A stretch of 56,479 bases of DNA from a virus (Duplodnaviria > Caudoviricetes). The notes beneath the pieces were generated by a model that had not been told where the DNA came from, ran no database searches, and saw only the letters and a program-made list of their open reading frames with translations. Numbering within the stretch: position 1 is the stretch's first letter; each line of letters begins with the position of its first letter. This document shows positions 38,211 through 48,819 of this stretch, piece by piece. Both the position numbers and the translations under genes were made by a program. Location of the stretch: IMG/VR virus record IMGVR_UViG_3300010160_000055, positions 1 to 56,479 of that record. One strand, given 5' to 3'.

Positions 38211-38870
38211 TTATTGATTTACTTTTGTAATTGTTACCGGAATTGTTAATCTAGCTCCTGAATCTCTACCTACTACTGTAATTGTTGTTTGTAAGGATGT
38301 ATTTGTTCCAAACAATGTATTAATAGTAGTAGCAGTTAAGTTAATAGAAGTACCAATTACTGTTTTAGAAACGTTTGTTCCTAATGTAGTTGTAGAATTT
38401 AAAGCTGTAGCTTCAGCTGTATTAATTCCTACTCCGTTAAATGTATTAAGAACTCTAGCATCTGCTATTGTTGCTACATATCCACCTGCTTCAAAAGTAT
38501 TTGTACTACTTAAGTAATTAAGTGTTTGAGGTGTTATCGCTAACGATGCTCCTTGCTTTAGTATTATTGCGGAATAACCTAAATCTATAACTGGTAACTT
38601 AGCAGTACCTCTAGGAAGAGTTGTAAGTTTATACTTCATAATTTGAGACTCATCAGGAAACGCTTCTAATAATGGCATAGCTTCAATAGCTTCACCGTAA
38701 TAGTCTGATCCAGATACGTGTGCTGGATTATATAATGTATAGTCTATTTCGTCATCTGCTAACGCAAATTGTGTTATTTTGAAAGAACCATCTCCTCTTG
38801 CAAGTAATTCTCTTCCTTTTTTTGTTAAAATTGCATCTACAGTTACTACTGTATTACTTAAGTATCCCAT
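38211..38870 (-). CDS. Virion structural protein
   Basis: ILTKKGRELLA...ITQFALAD N-terminus resembles tail-collar fibre N-termini; late motif upstream. Confidence 0.6.
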   Translation of the reverse strand: MGYLSNTVVTVDAILTKKGRELLARGDGSFKITQFALADDEIDYTLYNPAHVSGSDYYGEAIEAMPLLEAFPDESQIMKYKLTTLPRGTAKLPVIDLGYSAIILKQGASLAITPQTLNYLSSTNTFEAGGYVATIADARVLNTFNGVGINTAEATALNSTTTLGTNVSKTVIGTSINLTATTINTLFGTNTSLQTTITVVGRDSGARLTIPVTITKVNQ

Positions 38871-38911
38871 TTTACTTTGTTTTTATTAATAAATATATCA
38901 TTTTATTGTTT

Positions 38912-40219
38912 TTATAAAAATGCCCTAGTACTTCCACTTACTATGTACCCATCTATACTAGTAGTTAAAATACCGTCAACACCTTTTATTTTTATTCTTC
39001 CCTCTTGAACTGGTATAGTTTTTGCTTTGTCTAGTTGAAGTATCTGTACTGGTACTATTCTATATACTATGTTTCCTGCATTATAATCAGCACGAGAAGT
39101 ATTAGTATAATTTCTTGTGGTGTTTATTTTAGAGGTTTCACCTGATATATCGCTTCTTATTAAAAATTCATAAGGGGAATATAAAGCAGGTGGATTAGGG
39201 TTAGTTACTCTTAATATTTCATTATTAAAACCTCCTCCATTTGTACTACCTATTTGTAATAGGTCTCCTATTGCTATATCCTTATTTGAAGCTGGGAGAT
39301 TTATAGTAACTGTCTCTATTACAGAGCTACTATATGATGTACGTGTAGATATCGATAGATTTAAAGGTTCTACTACGTAACCTGGTGTAGCTAATCTACC
39401 TACTGCAAAATAATCTTGGTAAACAATAGTTCCTTTATCTACTAAATTTTCAATGTAAGCATCTGTTACATCTTTTGTAAAAAATGCTCCTTGAAAAAAT
39501 GCTCCCTGTAGTAATGGATCTGTTCCTTTATTTGTATTAGTATCTATTTTGCTTCCTTCATATCTTGCGTTTATCCAAGGAGTACTTGTATAGTTACTAT
39601 CTTGTATACCGGCAGGTAGTGCTGCATTATTTAAAATATTAGACAGGTTTACTGGGTTTGTTTTAGAGGAAGGTGTTGGATTTACTCTATCACATTTGTA
39701 TGTGTATAGTGACTCTCTAGCTCTACTAATTGGTGATTCTATATCGTAATTACTATTACTACGTACTATAGATGTTTTTGCATATTCTAATACTACGTTA
39801 GAGGTATACTCTTCATATCCAGCAGAACCTGTTGTTGGTTGAATGATAACTTGTCTTTGATCTTCTGGTGTGATTGCGTAAATAAAATACGGACCATTTA
39901 CAGTTTTTTCAACTCTCCTATAAGGTAGATCTGAATCTGAGACCGGTACGTTTACTATTCCTCCTGCTTTAGGTATATGAACATCTATAGAAGTAACTAG
40001 TTCTAAATCTTCTAAAGTATAGTTTGAAATCTTAATACCTATTGCATCTACTTTTATTACACCTCCTGCATAAGTATTAAAAAGTATAATAACTTCACTA
40101 CCACCTGAAGACGGTATGGTATATCCTGAAGGCCAGTAGGTAGTAGCCACGTAACTTCCTAAGGTACTTAGTCCTATGGTAAGATCTGTTGCTAGGTATT
40201 TAAATTCTGCTAAAGTCAT
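38912..40219 (-). CDS. Hypothetical virion structural protein
   Basis: 435-aa Ser/Thr-rich ORF with the late motif, inside the baseplate cluster. Confidence 0.6.
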   Translation of the reverse strand: MTLAEFKYLATDLTIGLSTLGSYVATTYWPSGYTIPSSGGSEVIILFNTYAGGVIKVDAIGIKISNYTLEDLELVTSIDVHIPKAGGIVNVPVSDSDLPYRRVEKTVNGPYFIYAITPEDQRQVIIQPTTGSAGYEEYTSNVVLEYAKTSIVRSNSNYDIESPISRARESLYTYKCDRVNPTPSSKTNPVNLSNILNNAALPAGIQDSNYTSTPWINARYEGSKIDTNTNKGTDPLLQGAFFQGAFFTKDVTDAYIENLVDKGTIVYQDYFAVGRLATPGYVVEPLNLSISTRTSYSSSVIETVTINLPASNKDIAIGDLLQIGSTNGGGFNNEILRVTNPNPPALYSPYEFLIRSDISGETSKINTTRNYTNTSRADYNAGNIVYRIVPVQILQLDKAKTIPVQEGRIKIKGVDGILTTSIDGYIVSGSTRAFL

Positions 40220-40257
40220 TATTTTTTTCTATTATTTTAAATAAATAGTTAATTCTA

Positions 40258-40665
40258 TTATTGCTGCTCAAGATTGGCAATAATTATATAGTCGTATATT
40301 ACTGTAATACCGCCTGTTGGCCATGGGGTCATTCCTAGTAGCATAAATCCAGTAGTAGTTTTACTTTTAACTACTGTAACAGTTCTAGACATATTAGTAT
40401 TACCTACTGTAGCTGTAGGAGACCCTATAACTGTATAATTTGCAGTACCTACCGGGGCTGTAAAAGTTATATACCAGTAGGCATCTCTATTTGCCCAACC
40501 GCTAAGAGTAGCAGAACCTGCGGTAAGTATTCTATTATCTATATAATTTACGATAGATGTTGCTACTGTTCTGTGGTCGTATGCAGATATTTTCTGTGTT
40601 TTACCACTTGCTAACAATGTGTCTATTTGTGCAGAAATTGCATCTTTTCTTGGTGTATCTGACAT
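40258..40665 (-). CDS. Small fibre-tip/lectin-like protein, paralogue 3
   Basis: HR.V helix plus ITF...NYTV...KT.TGF beta domain. Confidence 0.55.
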   Translation of the reverse strand: MSDTPRKDAISAQIDTLLASGKTQKISAYDHRTVATSIVNYIDNRILTAGSATLSGWANRDAYWYITFTAPVGTANYTVIGSPTATVGNTNMSRTVTVVKSKTTTGFMLLGMTPWPTGGITVIYDYIIIANLEQQ

Positions 40666-40677
40666 TTTAACTTATTT

Positions 40678-41085
40678 CTATAAATTTGTACTAAGCGATT
40701 GTGGAGTTGATATAGCCATCCATTCAAAATTTAAAGCTTGATCATCAGTAGTAAATTCTCCCATGAATATTGTAAAGTTTGTATTAGTTTTAGCAGTAAC
40801 GCACCAATTTACATCATTATCGTCATTCCAATTCCCATACGAATAAGGGTACCCTATTACTATATAATTTGAGTTTGTTAGTACTACTCCTAGTGATATA
40901 GTCCAGTAGGATTGATGATTTGCATCCACGTCTCCAATAGATATTGCTCCATTTGCTATTATTCTTCCAGCAGTATAGTCAAGCATTGCATGCTCTACTG
41001 TTCGATGTTCAGTTGCTGTAATAAGGTTACTTGTTGTGCTAAGATTAGTAGCTATTAAAGTATCCATTTCTGCTCTTGTTGCCAT
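40678..41085 (-). CDS. Small fibre-tip/lectin-like protein, paralogue 2
   Basis: EHRTVE plus NYIV...KT.TNF...W.A. Confidence 0.55.
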   Translation of the reverse strand: MATRAEMDTLIATNLSTTSNLITATEHRTVEHAMLDYTAGRIIANGAISIGDVDANHQSYWTISLGVVLTNSNYIVIGYPYSYGNWNDDNDVNWCVTAKTNTNFTIFMGEFTTDDQALNFEWMAISTPQSLSTNL

Positions 41086-41108
41086 TGTATTCTACTTTAT
41101 CGTTTAAG

Positions 41109-41480
41109 TTATAACATATCTTTACTAAATACCATATACCAAATTCTGCAGCTTAAGGTAGTAAAATTAGTAACATTTAATTTAAACCCGTTAACTGTTT
41201 TATTTGAAATTCCCCAAGCAGAGTTTCCTCCTTGTACTACTACGCAGTGTACTAAGTAGTTAGATGTATATAGCGGTGTTGGGAATGTTATATCTTGTGA
41301 CCAATAGCCATACGTACTACCTTTAATGTAGTCTCCTACATAAAGTATTCTAGCGTCTACACGGTCTAGTATTGCTGTCTCTATCTCCCTATGTTCACTA
41401 CTTCTAATATTGGGAGAACCATCTGCTAAGTAATCATTTACCAGTGTTAGTATTTCTGCTTTTGTTTTAGGTGCTGCCAT
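41109..41480 (-). CDS. Small fibre-tip/lectin-like protein, paralogue 1
   Basis: EHREIE plus ITF...NYLV...KT.NGF. Confidence 0.55.
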   Translation of the reverse strand: MAAPKTKAEILTLVNDYLADGSPNIRSSEHREIETAILDRVDARILYVGDYIKGSTYGYWSQDITFPTPLYTSNYLVHCVVVQGGNSAWGISNKTVNGFKLNVTNFTTLSCRIWYMVFSKDML

Positions 41481-41496
41481 TTTTATTTAATTTTTA

Positions 41497-44400
41497 TTAT
41501 AAAGAACCTGTTTGGTAATCAGTTGCGTCGTAATCACTTGGATTGAATATTATATTTCCTACAGATACTATTCCATCAACTCCTACAAATGTATAATTTA
41601 CTGCGGATAATCCCGTCACTACTGGACGTATATACAATCCTGTCTGTCCGTTTGCAGATGCAGTTGTGTAATTAGTTGTGTATGTTACTGTTCCTGTGAT
41701 TACACTACTTGTTGTATCATTTCCTTGAAGGTTAGTTACAGTGTAGGTATTGTTTAACGCTCCTGTAACATATCCTGATCCAGTTCCTTGTGCAATTGCT
41801 CTATCGTTAGCTGTTATTGTCAGTACATTCTTATTAATAGTATAAGGTAGTCTTGAAGAACTGATATATGGATAGAAGTTATCTGCCGGAACTGCTACGT
41901 ATACTTCATACTGTCCACTAATACTAGGTAAGTTTGATTGTGTTGTAAATAAAGATCCTGTAAAAGGTTTTCCGTAATAGTAATATAATCTACTTGATTC
42001 TGGATATGTACGGTTTAACAATGTACTTGTAGAAGGTCCTTGACTTGCACTATTAAAGAAATAGTTACTTCCTGAAGTATCTACTGAAATCTGTACTTGA
42101 GGTTGTACTAGTATATTAAGTGTTCGTTGTATACATCCACCTGTTATTGCCGGATCATTTACCTGTACATATACATAACTTCCTGTATCTTCCGTAAATA
42201 AATAACTTCCTGAGTTAGTTATATTTGTGGTTGTATTTGTGGTTGTATTATACAGAGTATATGTTAATGCGTTTACATTATTATATGTAGAAGTAAACCA
42301 TGTTGTAAGATTATATGGAGTATTTTGCTGCACGACTGTAACTGACCCTGAGGTTGTTAATGCTATCGAACAAAACCCTGTTGTATAAACTTTTGTACCC
42401 GTACACCCTCCTATACTTGTCTTTGATGCAGTAATTGCAAAAGTAGTATAGTTTGTAAGCATTGGAAAAAGGCTTGCAGTAGTTGTTATATTTGTAGATA
42501 CAGAGTAATATGTAACATACCCGTCTCCTGGTATATTAAAAGCACTTCGTATATCTACGTATTGAGGTGTTCTAATATTTACAGCAGGGTATGTAGAGTT
42601 TATTGCGCATACAGTTGGTGGGAAATCTTGTATTAAGATTACGTTTCTATTTACTTCATCGTAATCTATATGCTTGTATGGATTCATGTCATTTAACTCT
42701 CCATCACTAACTGCAATTTCTGCACCTCCTAATTCTCCTGTGTATAGTGGTTGATCTGTACCTTGGTTTTTATAGCTGTTTGCTAGTCCTTGAGGTGTTT
42801 GTAGTACTTCTGTCCAAGAAGGGTCTGAATGGCCTGTAGATGTAGTAAATACTCCTCCGTCTGATCCTGTAATAAAAGCTGTATCGATTGATCCGGTATA
42901 TTCCGGTTGTGTAACAGAAACTGTTACTGATTTTGCTTTTGACCTATTAAGAAGATTTGGTTTTATAATTACACCTGTATCTGCTGTTGCTCTAGCAGGT
43001 ATAAAGTCTTTTACTGTCTTAAAGATTGTATTATCAAAAAACTTTATCAACCTTACAAAATCTTCTAGATTGTACTGATTTAAAGATCCTAGTATTGTTT
43101 CTGATACTGCCTGTAGTCCGGAATAACTTCCTGATGTTAAGTTTGTAGGATCTCCTAAGTAATCATCTATGTTAAAATTTGATAGAGAAGCTGTAGCTTG
43201 TGATGCAGAGATAATGTAATTATCTATATTATCTGTTGGTGAAAAGCCTACTTCTATAGAATGTAAATCATCTGTATATTTACTATCTCTTTTTATAATA
43301 GAAACATAGTTTGAAAGGGTACTACCTGTTACTATGCTACCAGTATTATCCAATCGTATCTTATCTAAAGAACTTGTATAATATTGATAGTCACCATAAA
43401 ATGGTCTTTCATTTACATTTCTTCCTCCTGAAAGTTTTATGTCTAAAATGTCTCCTGGTATACCGTAACAGTTTATTAAAGCTCTTAAACCTCTCTCTGT
43501 TCCTTTTGATTTTAAAAGGATAGGTAGGTTATGGTACATTCTCTTTTGAACTTCTTTTTGATAATCATCATAGGAAGTTGGCTGTATAGAGGCATTTGAT
43601 CCTGTTAAAGAACCTGTTATGTAGTGGTTAATTACTTCACTTCCTGACTGGTAAGATTGTCCTATAAAAGTCGTAAAGAGATCTTCAGTAGATTTATTAG
43701 AAGTATATAACTTTACCCCAAAATTTCTTAAAGCTTCTGCTACTAAATCTTTTGAAATACCGTGATCAATTCTATTATCATCATCGTACTTATCTGTTAC
43801 TGCTTTAGAGTATAACCATAGGTTATCGAAATGCTGACCAACCATATATACAAAGGTTAGGTAGTTTTCGTTATTCGCATCATCTCTTAAATAGGTCGGG
43901 ATACTGTAAGCTAAAGAATTATAATTTGTTAAGTCGTATTCAATTGCATTTGTAATTTGATCTGAATACCAAGTTATTGCTTCTACACTAGTACTTGCTT
44001 TATTTATGTAAGGTTTGGTTGTATTACTTTTTGGCCAAGAACTACTTCCTGATTCATAGTAAAGGAATCTTTCGTAGTGGTCAAAATTATTTACAACTCC
44101 TGTTATTAAATTTTCATAATAAAGTCTACTTCCTGATACTCCTGTCGCTCCTGTAGTTGCTGCAGCTATAGAAGCTATACTACTTGAATAGTTATCTATT
44201 AAATCTACTTTATATTTAAAATTTAAAAGTCTTTCTTGTGCAGATGAAAAATGTACAAAATCGCTAAAAGTTGTATAATCTACACTAATATCAATACCCT
44301 TTTCTTTGACTGTAGAAAATATCTGACTATTTGCATTATTAACTGGATAGCTAAATAAGTCATCATAACTGTAATATTCTGTAGGTATTACACTATGGTC

Positions 44401-45144
44401 TATTACATCGATATTAAAATTAGGAGATCTTAAGGTCGGTGTAACTGCCGGTGGAACTACTATTTCTGCATCTACTTCATATGCTACAGAATCAGACACT
44501 ACATCTACTATATTTAAAGTGTTTTTTACTCTGTATGTAATAGGTAGCGGTTCATATAACTTAACTACAACTACTTTTCCTGCATTCGTATCTACAGTGT
44601 CAATATTTGTTGCAATAAATAAGTCATTATTTTTAAAATTTAACCTAAATCCTGTAAAATAAGATTGACTTTGTAGGTTATTTTTTATCTTAGAAGTTAT
44701 TGATGTAAGGTCTTCTGGTGTAAGAGCTAAAGTAGCTAGGCTTATCTCAGTTCTATCTTCAGATATTTCTTGTATAAAGAACTCTACTTTATTATTATCT
44801 TCTGAGTATAGATCATCTAAGAAATGGTAAAGTAGTTTTACTCCTCCATTTTCGTATCCATAAGCTTTACTATCCTGTATAGGATCTATAGTTATTACAG
44901 ATACTCCACTCTGTCCTGCAGATTGTGCATTTCCTAGTAACTTATACGAACTGTAAGTATAACTACTTTCTAGTAGTTCATCTGCTAGGGATAGTATGTG
45001 TATTTCAGAATAATGCTTAGCTGGATCAAAAACACTATTAATCTGAAAAGAACTTACTAGAGCTTTATCTTCTTGAGAGAATTGTTCAAAGCCTTCTATA
45101 TTCTCTGGTGAGTCCTGGTAAGCTGTGTAGATTATGTCTGCCAT
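41497..45144 (-). CDS. Large baseplate wedge protein with C-terminal Ig/MBG-like domains
   Basis: LLKSKGTERGLRALI motif (P2 gpI / T4 gp7 type); C-terminal LTITAND...YTV..L...D...NYTF..VDG. Confidence 0.6.
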   Translation of the reverse strand: MADIIYTAYQDSPENIEGFEQFSQEDKALVSSFQINSVFDPAKHYSEIHILSLADELLESSYTYSSYKLLGNAQSAGQSGVSVITIDPIQDSKAYGYENGGVKLLYHFLDDLYSEDNNKVEFFIQEISEDRTEISLATLALTPEDLTSITSKIKNNLQSQSYFTGFRLNFKNNDLFIATNIDTVDTNAGKVVVVKLYEPLPITYRVKNTLNIVDVVSDSVAYEVDAEIVVPPAVTPTLRSPNFNIDVIDHSVIPTEYYSYDDLFSYPVNNANSQIFSTVKEKGIDISVDYTTFSDFVHFSSAQERLLNFKYKVDLIDNYSSSIASIAAATTGATGVSGSRLYYENLITGVVNNFDHYERFLYYESGSSSWPKSNTTKPYINKASTSVEAITWYSDQITNAIEYDLTNYNSLAYSIPTYLRDDANNENYLTFVYMVGQHFDNLWLYSKAVTDKYDDDNRIDHGISKDLVAEALRNFGVKLYTSNKSTEDLFTTFIGQSYQSGSEVINHYITGSLTGSNASIQPTSYDDYQKEVQKRMYHNLPILLKSKGTERGLRALINCYGIPGDILDIKLSGGRNVNERPFYGDYQYYTSSLDKIRLDNTGSIVTGSTLSNYVSIIKRDSKYTDDLHSIEVGFSPTDNIDNYIISASQATASLSNFNIDDYLGDPTNLTSGSYSGLQAVSETILGSLNQYNLEDFVRLIKFFDNTIFKTVKDFIPARATADTGVIIKPNLLNRSKAKSVTVSVTQPEYTGSIDTAFITGSDGGVFTTSTGHSDPSWTEVLQTPQGLANSYKNQGTDQPLYTGELGGAEIAVSDGELNDMNPYKHIDYDEVNRNVILIQDFPPTVCAINSTYPAVNIRTPQYVDIRSAFNIPGDGYVTYYSVSTNITTTASLFPMLTNYTTFAITASKTSIGGCTGTKVYTTGFCSIALTTSGSVTVVQQNTPYNLTTWFTSTYNNVNALTYTLYNTTTNTTTNITNSGSYLFTEDTGSYVYVQVNDPAITGGCIQRTLNILVQPQVQISVDTSGSNYFFNSASQGPSTSTLLNRTYPESSRLYYYYGKPFTGSLFTTQSNLPSISGQYEVYVAVPADNFYPYISSSRLPYTINKNVLTITANDRAIAQGTGSGYVTGALNNTYTVTNLQGNDTTSSVITGTVTYTTNYTTASANGQTGLYIRPVVTGLSAVNYTFVGVDGIVSVGNIIFNPSDYDATDYQTGSL

Positions 45145-45483
45145 CTATACTGTCTTTGTTTCTAATGCAAGTACTTGCTGATTTAATGTAAGGTTTTCCT
45201 TTCTTAATTGAGCTATCTCATCCAATAGCGGTTGTATATCTTCTGTTACTTTGTCAAAACTTAGCAATTCAGAACTCTTTCTTACTAGATATTCATGTGA
45301 GTTTGTTTCTCCCATTACGTCTATTACGTAGTAAAGTTTCTCGTATAATCTGAATAACTCTTCCGGAGTATCAGTATCTTCAGCTGGTACCGGTTGAGTA
45401 AAAGTTTTAAACGTACTGTCAATTACTTTATTAAATTCTGTAGAACTAAAGACAGTTTTCTGTATGTTGATATCATTACCCAT
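45145..45483 (-). CDS. Hypothetical baseplate-cluster protein with a C-terminal coiled coil
   Basis: 112-aa ORF coupled to both neighbours. Confidence 0.6.
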   Translation of the reverse strand: MGNDINIQKTVFSSTEFNKVIDSTFKTFTQPVPAEDTDTPEELFRLYEKLYYVIDVMGETNSHEYLVRKSSELLSFDKVTEDIQPLLDEIAQLRKENLTLNQQVLALETKTV

Positions 45484-46587
45484 TTCTTACTACTTTAAAT
45501 ATATTCTGGTTATCTACTACTGTAGTGCTTCCATCTAAAGTCGTCTTAACTAATATACGATAATATCTCTCAGGTTGCAACCCATCCATATACACATCAA
45601 AGAATGCTCCGTTCGAATCACAACTTATCTTTGTAAAGGTTGTATCAAAATCTACAACCATTTCTTGTGTGTTTTCATCTCTCAATCCCCAATATGATGC
45701 TGAAGGGAGAGCGTAGTTTGTTAGATATGCTGAAGAGGTAGTGAAAGATCTAACTGGATATTTAGGTCTTGCTGAAACTCTAAATCTCTGTTTTCCGTTA
45801 TCTGCATACTTACCTATGTTATTTGTCAGGTTTATTATCGATACACTATTTGAAAGAACTGATAGAGATCCTGTATTAAAAGTACTATCGTCCCATTTAA
45901 ATTCTAAGAACGGTGGATAGATAGTATTTGTATCTGCACTGTAGTATTTTAATCGAATAGAGGATGTTGTATTATACTCTAAATCGTTAGGTAGTTTTAC
46001 TATAAACCCACTGTTAACTAAGGTATTGCTATTAAATAGTTGAATGGCTCTAGTTACATTTATGTTTACATCGTTTGTAGTATTTAAACCATGTGATTAG
46101 TAAATTCTAAATTTATACCTGCCGAACCTGTGTACCAATTTCCTCCTCCTGCTGTTGATCCTGACTTATAAGAACCTGTTGTATTTGCTGCAAATCCTGT
46201 TGTTGTCCATGCACCGGCTTGTCCTGCTAATTTATATTGCCAAGAAACTCCTGTGGTGTTTATAGGAGTATCGCCAAACTTTCCTACACCACTATCCCAT
46301 GATCCATAAATTGGATATGCGTAAAGAGTGTAGTCAACAGGTATCTCGTATGCATCTGCTAGGTATAAATTTAAGCTTGCACTATACCCTACTGCTCCTA
46401 TTTTGTTAGCAATTACGTCTTGGATTTCAGAGGTTCTATATTGAACAAGTATTCGGTTTGTTTCTCCTGTACCTGTGATGTCGGAGTACCCTCCTATTTC
46501 AATTATCTCATCTTTTCCTGCATTACCTGTTGGAACTTCTGATGATATGAATGTATCTTTTTCGGGAAATATTCTGTATACTGCCAT
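45476..46587 (-). CDS. DNRLRE-like-domain structural protein (~370 aa), split by a 1-nt frameshift at ~46098
   Basis: KDTFI...N.G.DE...RIL..Y. Restoring ACT[C]AA continues QSHGLN...GFIVK...TIYPPFLEFKWDD and joins ORF 45476..45685. Confidence 0.7.
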
Positions 46588-46588
46588 C

Positions 46589-48409
46589 TTATAGTGTTGT
46601 TATTCTTCCTTTAATATCTATGTCTGGGTATTTTACTTCAAATATACAAGGGTCATAGGAAGGGTACACTACGTTATCCTTAGTTGCTCCTATAATATCG
46701 TATGCATATTGTGAATATACTCCTCCTACGTTATTTACTATTTCTATTTTTTGAACTGTTTGTACACCTTTCTCTTGATCTAACAAAGTGTATAGTGTTG
46801 ATACGTTAATAGGTTGATTAATATTCCATTTCGTAATATTAAAATGATCTTTTAGTCTATTTGTACAAGCAAGTAATACGTCTCTTCCTGAGAAGTTCGG
46901 TTTTACTATTATGTCAAAATTAACACCTATATTTACTATAAAAGCGTCTTTTATATTAATAGCATCTGTCAATACCATATATTCTGAAAGATATGTTTTG
47001 AGGTTGCTTTTTAATGTACCTGTTGCTAATGTTAAGTTTTTATTATTATCGTATGCTAAAGTAAATAGGGATAACGACAGTGGATTACTGTCTACTATAC
47101 TATCTGTAGCACTATTTGGATTTGTTAATTGATCTTGAGTTATATAGACTTTTGCAATTGATCCGTACTTAGAATCCATAGATAGAGCTCTAACTGTATA
47201 ATCTTGAAGTGTTACTGCTCTACCTTGCTCATTAAAAGCTCTTAAAGAATTCTCTCTTAATTCATCTACTGTATCACCATCTCTCCCTCCTGCTGCTGAA
47301 AGTACGTTATTAAACGATACTGTGTTAAGTTGTGAGGTATCTATTGCTGTAGGTGTTCCTCCGTATCCTACTAATGTGCTTATAGAATTTGCAGGAGCAT
47401 TAGCTGCTACCCCTCCTCCTACTAGGTACTTAATTGTTAGCGTTGTATTTGAAGGTGCTAATCCGTATGATTTTGTTGATAAGAAGTTAGATGGATCAAA
47501 TGCATAATCAATTCTTGAAACTCCTTGATTTGAGCCAAAACCTACATTTGTTGGATCAGGTGTAATTATTGAATCATCTTGACCTGTAATACCTGCTCCA
47601 AATTGAATCTGCAATTGGCCGTTAGCTAAAAATCTTGTTACAAATCTTCTAGGAACTCTTTGAAGTGTTAAGCTATATGGTACTACTTGTTTATCAGGGG
47701 CGTTATTAGTATTATCTACAAAAACTGTATCTTGCCCTAAAAACGGAACTTCGTACCAAATATTTCCATTACTATCTACTATAGACTGTATACCTATAAT
47801 ATTCGTATCATCTATACTAATTGTTTTAAATTTCTCTACAGTAGTAACTACCTCTGTTAGAGTCTTTACTTCTCCAGATATTGCTCTAGCTACTTTAGTT
47901 AATCTAAACTGACTAGGATTACCTCCGGATAAAGTTTCTACAGTTACGGTTGTGTCATCATACGAGCTAGAAAAAGTAAAATCAATATGCTTATCTATAA
48001 AAAAATTTACCTGATCTGCTACTGTTGATTTTAGTTTCGTATTTGCTGGTATGTATAAGGCTTGATTCCAATTAGGTTCTCCTGCAGCTGCTCCTACTAT
48101 TTGTGATACTTCAATATCGACTTCAGAAGGAGTTGTTATCTTAGGGCGATATCCCATCATATAAGCTAAGTTGTATAGATTAGCAGGATTTTTAGCATGC
48201 TGTATATATGTTTCTTGAAGCTGTGTATCTTGGTAGAATGATAGAACATCTCCTACATAAGCAGCCATCTCGATAAACATCATACCTGGTGATGAAGGTG
48301 AAAAGTCATTGTAAGAATCTGGGAAGTAGTTCTTAGCGTACTCTATTAACTGACTTCTAAAATCTCCAAAGTCTCTATTTACATATTTTATATCTCTATC
48401 TTGAGCCAT
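46589..48409 (-). CDS. gp6: Baseplate wedge subunit (gp6-like)
   Basis: RDF...L, DF..SSPGMMFIE..AYVGDVLSFY, IQFG.G, GG.DG and RAVTLQDY motifs. Confidence 0.85.
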   Translation of the reverse strand: MAQDRDIKYVNRDFGDFRSQLIEYAKNYFPDSYNDFSPSSPGMMFIEMAAYVGDVLSFYQDTQLQETYIQHAKNPANLYNLAYMMGYRPKITTPSEVDIEVSQIVGAAAGEPNWNQALYIPANTKLKSTVADQVNFFIDKHIDFTFSSSYDDTTVTVETLSGGNPSQFRLTKVARAISGEVKTLTEVVTTVEKFKTISIDDTNIIGIQSIVDSNGNIWYEVPFLGQDTVFVDNTNNAPDKQVVPYSLTLQRVPRRFVTRFLANGQLQIQFGAGITGQDDSIITPDPTNVGFGSNQGVSRIDYAFDPSNFLSTKSYGLAPSNTTLTIKYLVGGGVAANAPANSISTLVGYGGTPTAIDTSQLNTVSFNNVLSAAGGRDGDTVDELRENSLRAFNEQGRAVTLQDYTVRALSMDSKYGSIAKVYITQDQLTNPNSATDSIVDSNPLSLSLFTLAYDNNKNLTLATGTLKSNLKTYLSEYMVLTDAINIKDAFIVNIGVNFDIIVKPNFSGRDVLLACTNRLKDHFNITKWNINQPINVSTLYTLLDQEKGVQTVQKIEIVNNVGGVYSQYAYDIIGATKDNVVYPSYDPCIFEVKYPDIDIKGRITTL

Positions 48410-48819
48410 TATTGTTCAAAATTAATTAACAATTCGTCTTGTATATTTGTCTGAGTAACGCTATATTTTATATAAACTGTTACTGTATTTGTATCAGGAG
48501 AGTTTGCAATTTTTATATCATTTACCTTTAAACTTGGAAACCAAGTTGAAATTTCTGTCCTTACTACTGCTTCTATCTCACCTTTTTTGTCTTCTGTTAT
48601 CTGATCAAAAAGTAATCTTCTTAGTCCTGCTCCTAAATTAGGGTTTAAATATCTTTCTCCTTTTTCAGTAAGAAAGTGATTAACTAAGTTTGATTTTAAA
48701 GCGTCTTGAGTTGAATATGTAGAATTAAATACAGAGGTAGAGGAGAAAGGAAGACTTACTCCAACTGCTTTCCTAGGTTGTAAATCTAGTGGATTTATTT
48801 TCTGTACATTAAATGCCAT
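48409..48819 (-). CDS. gp25: Baseplate wedge subunit (gp25-like)
   Basis: LTEKGERYLNPNLGAGL..LLF. Confidence 0.85.
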   Translation of the reverse strand: MAFNVQKINPLDLQPRKAVGVSLPFSSTSVFNSTYSTQDALKSNLVNHFLTEKGERYLNPNLGAGLRRLLFDQITEDKKGEIEAVVRTEISTWFPSLKVNDIKIANSPDTNTVTVYIKYSVTQTNIQDELLINFEQ

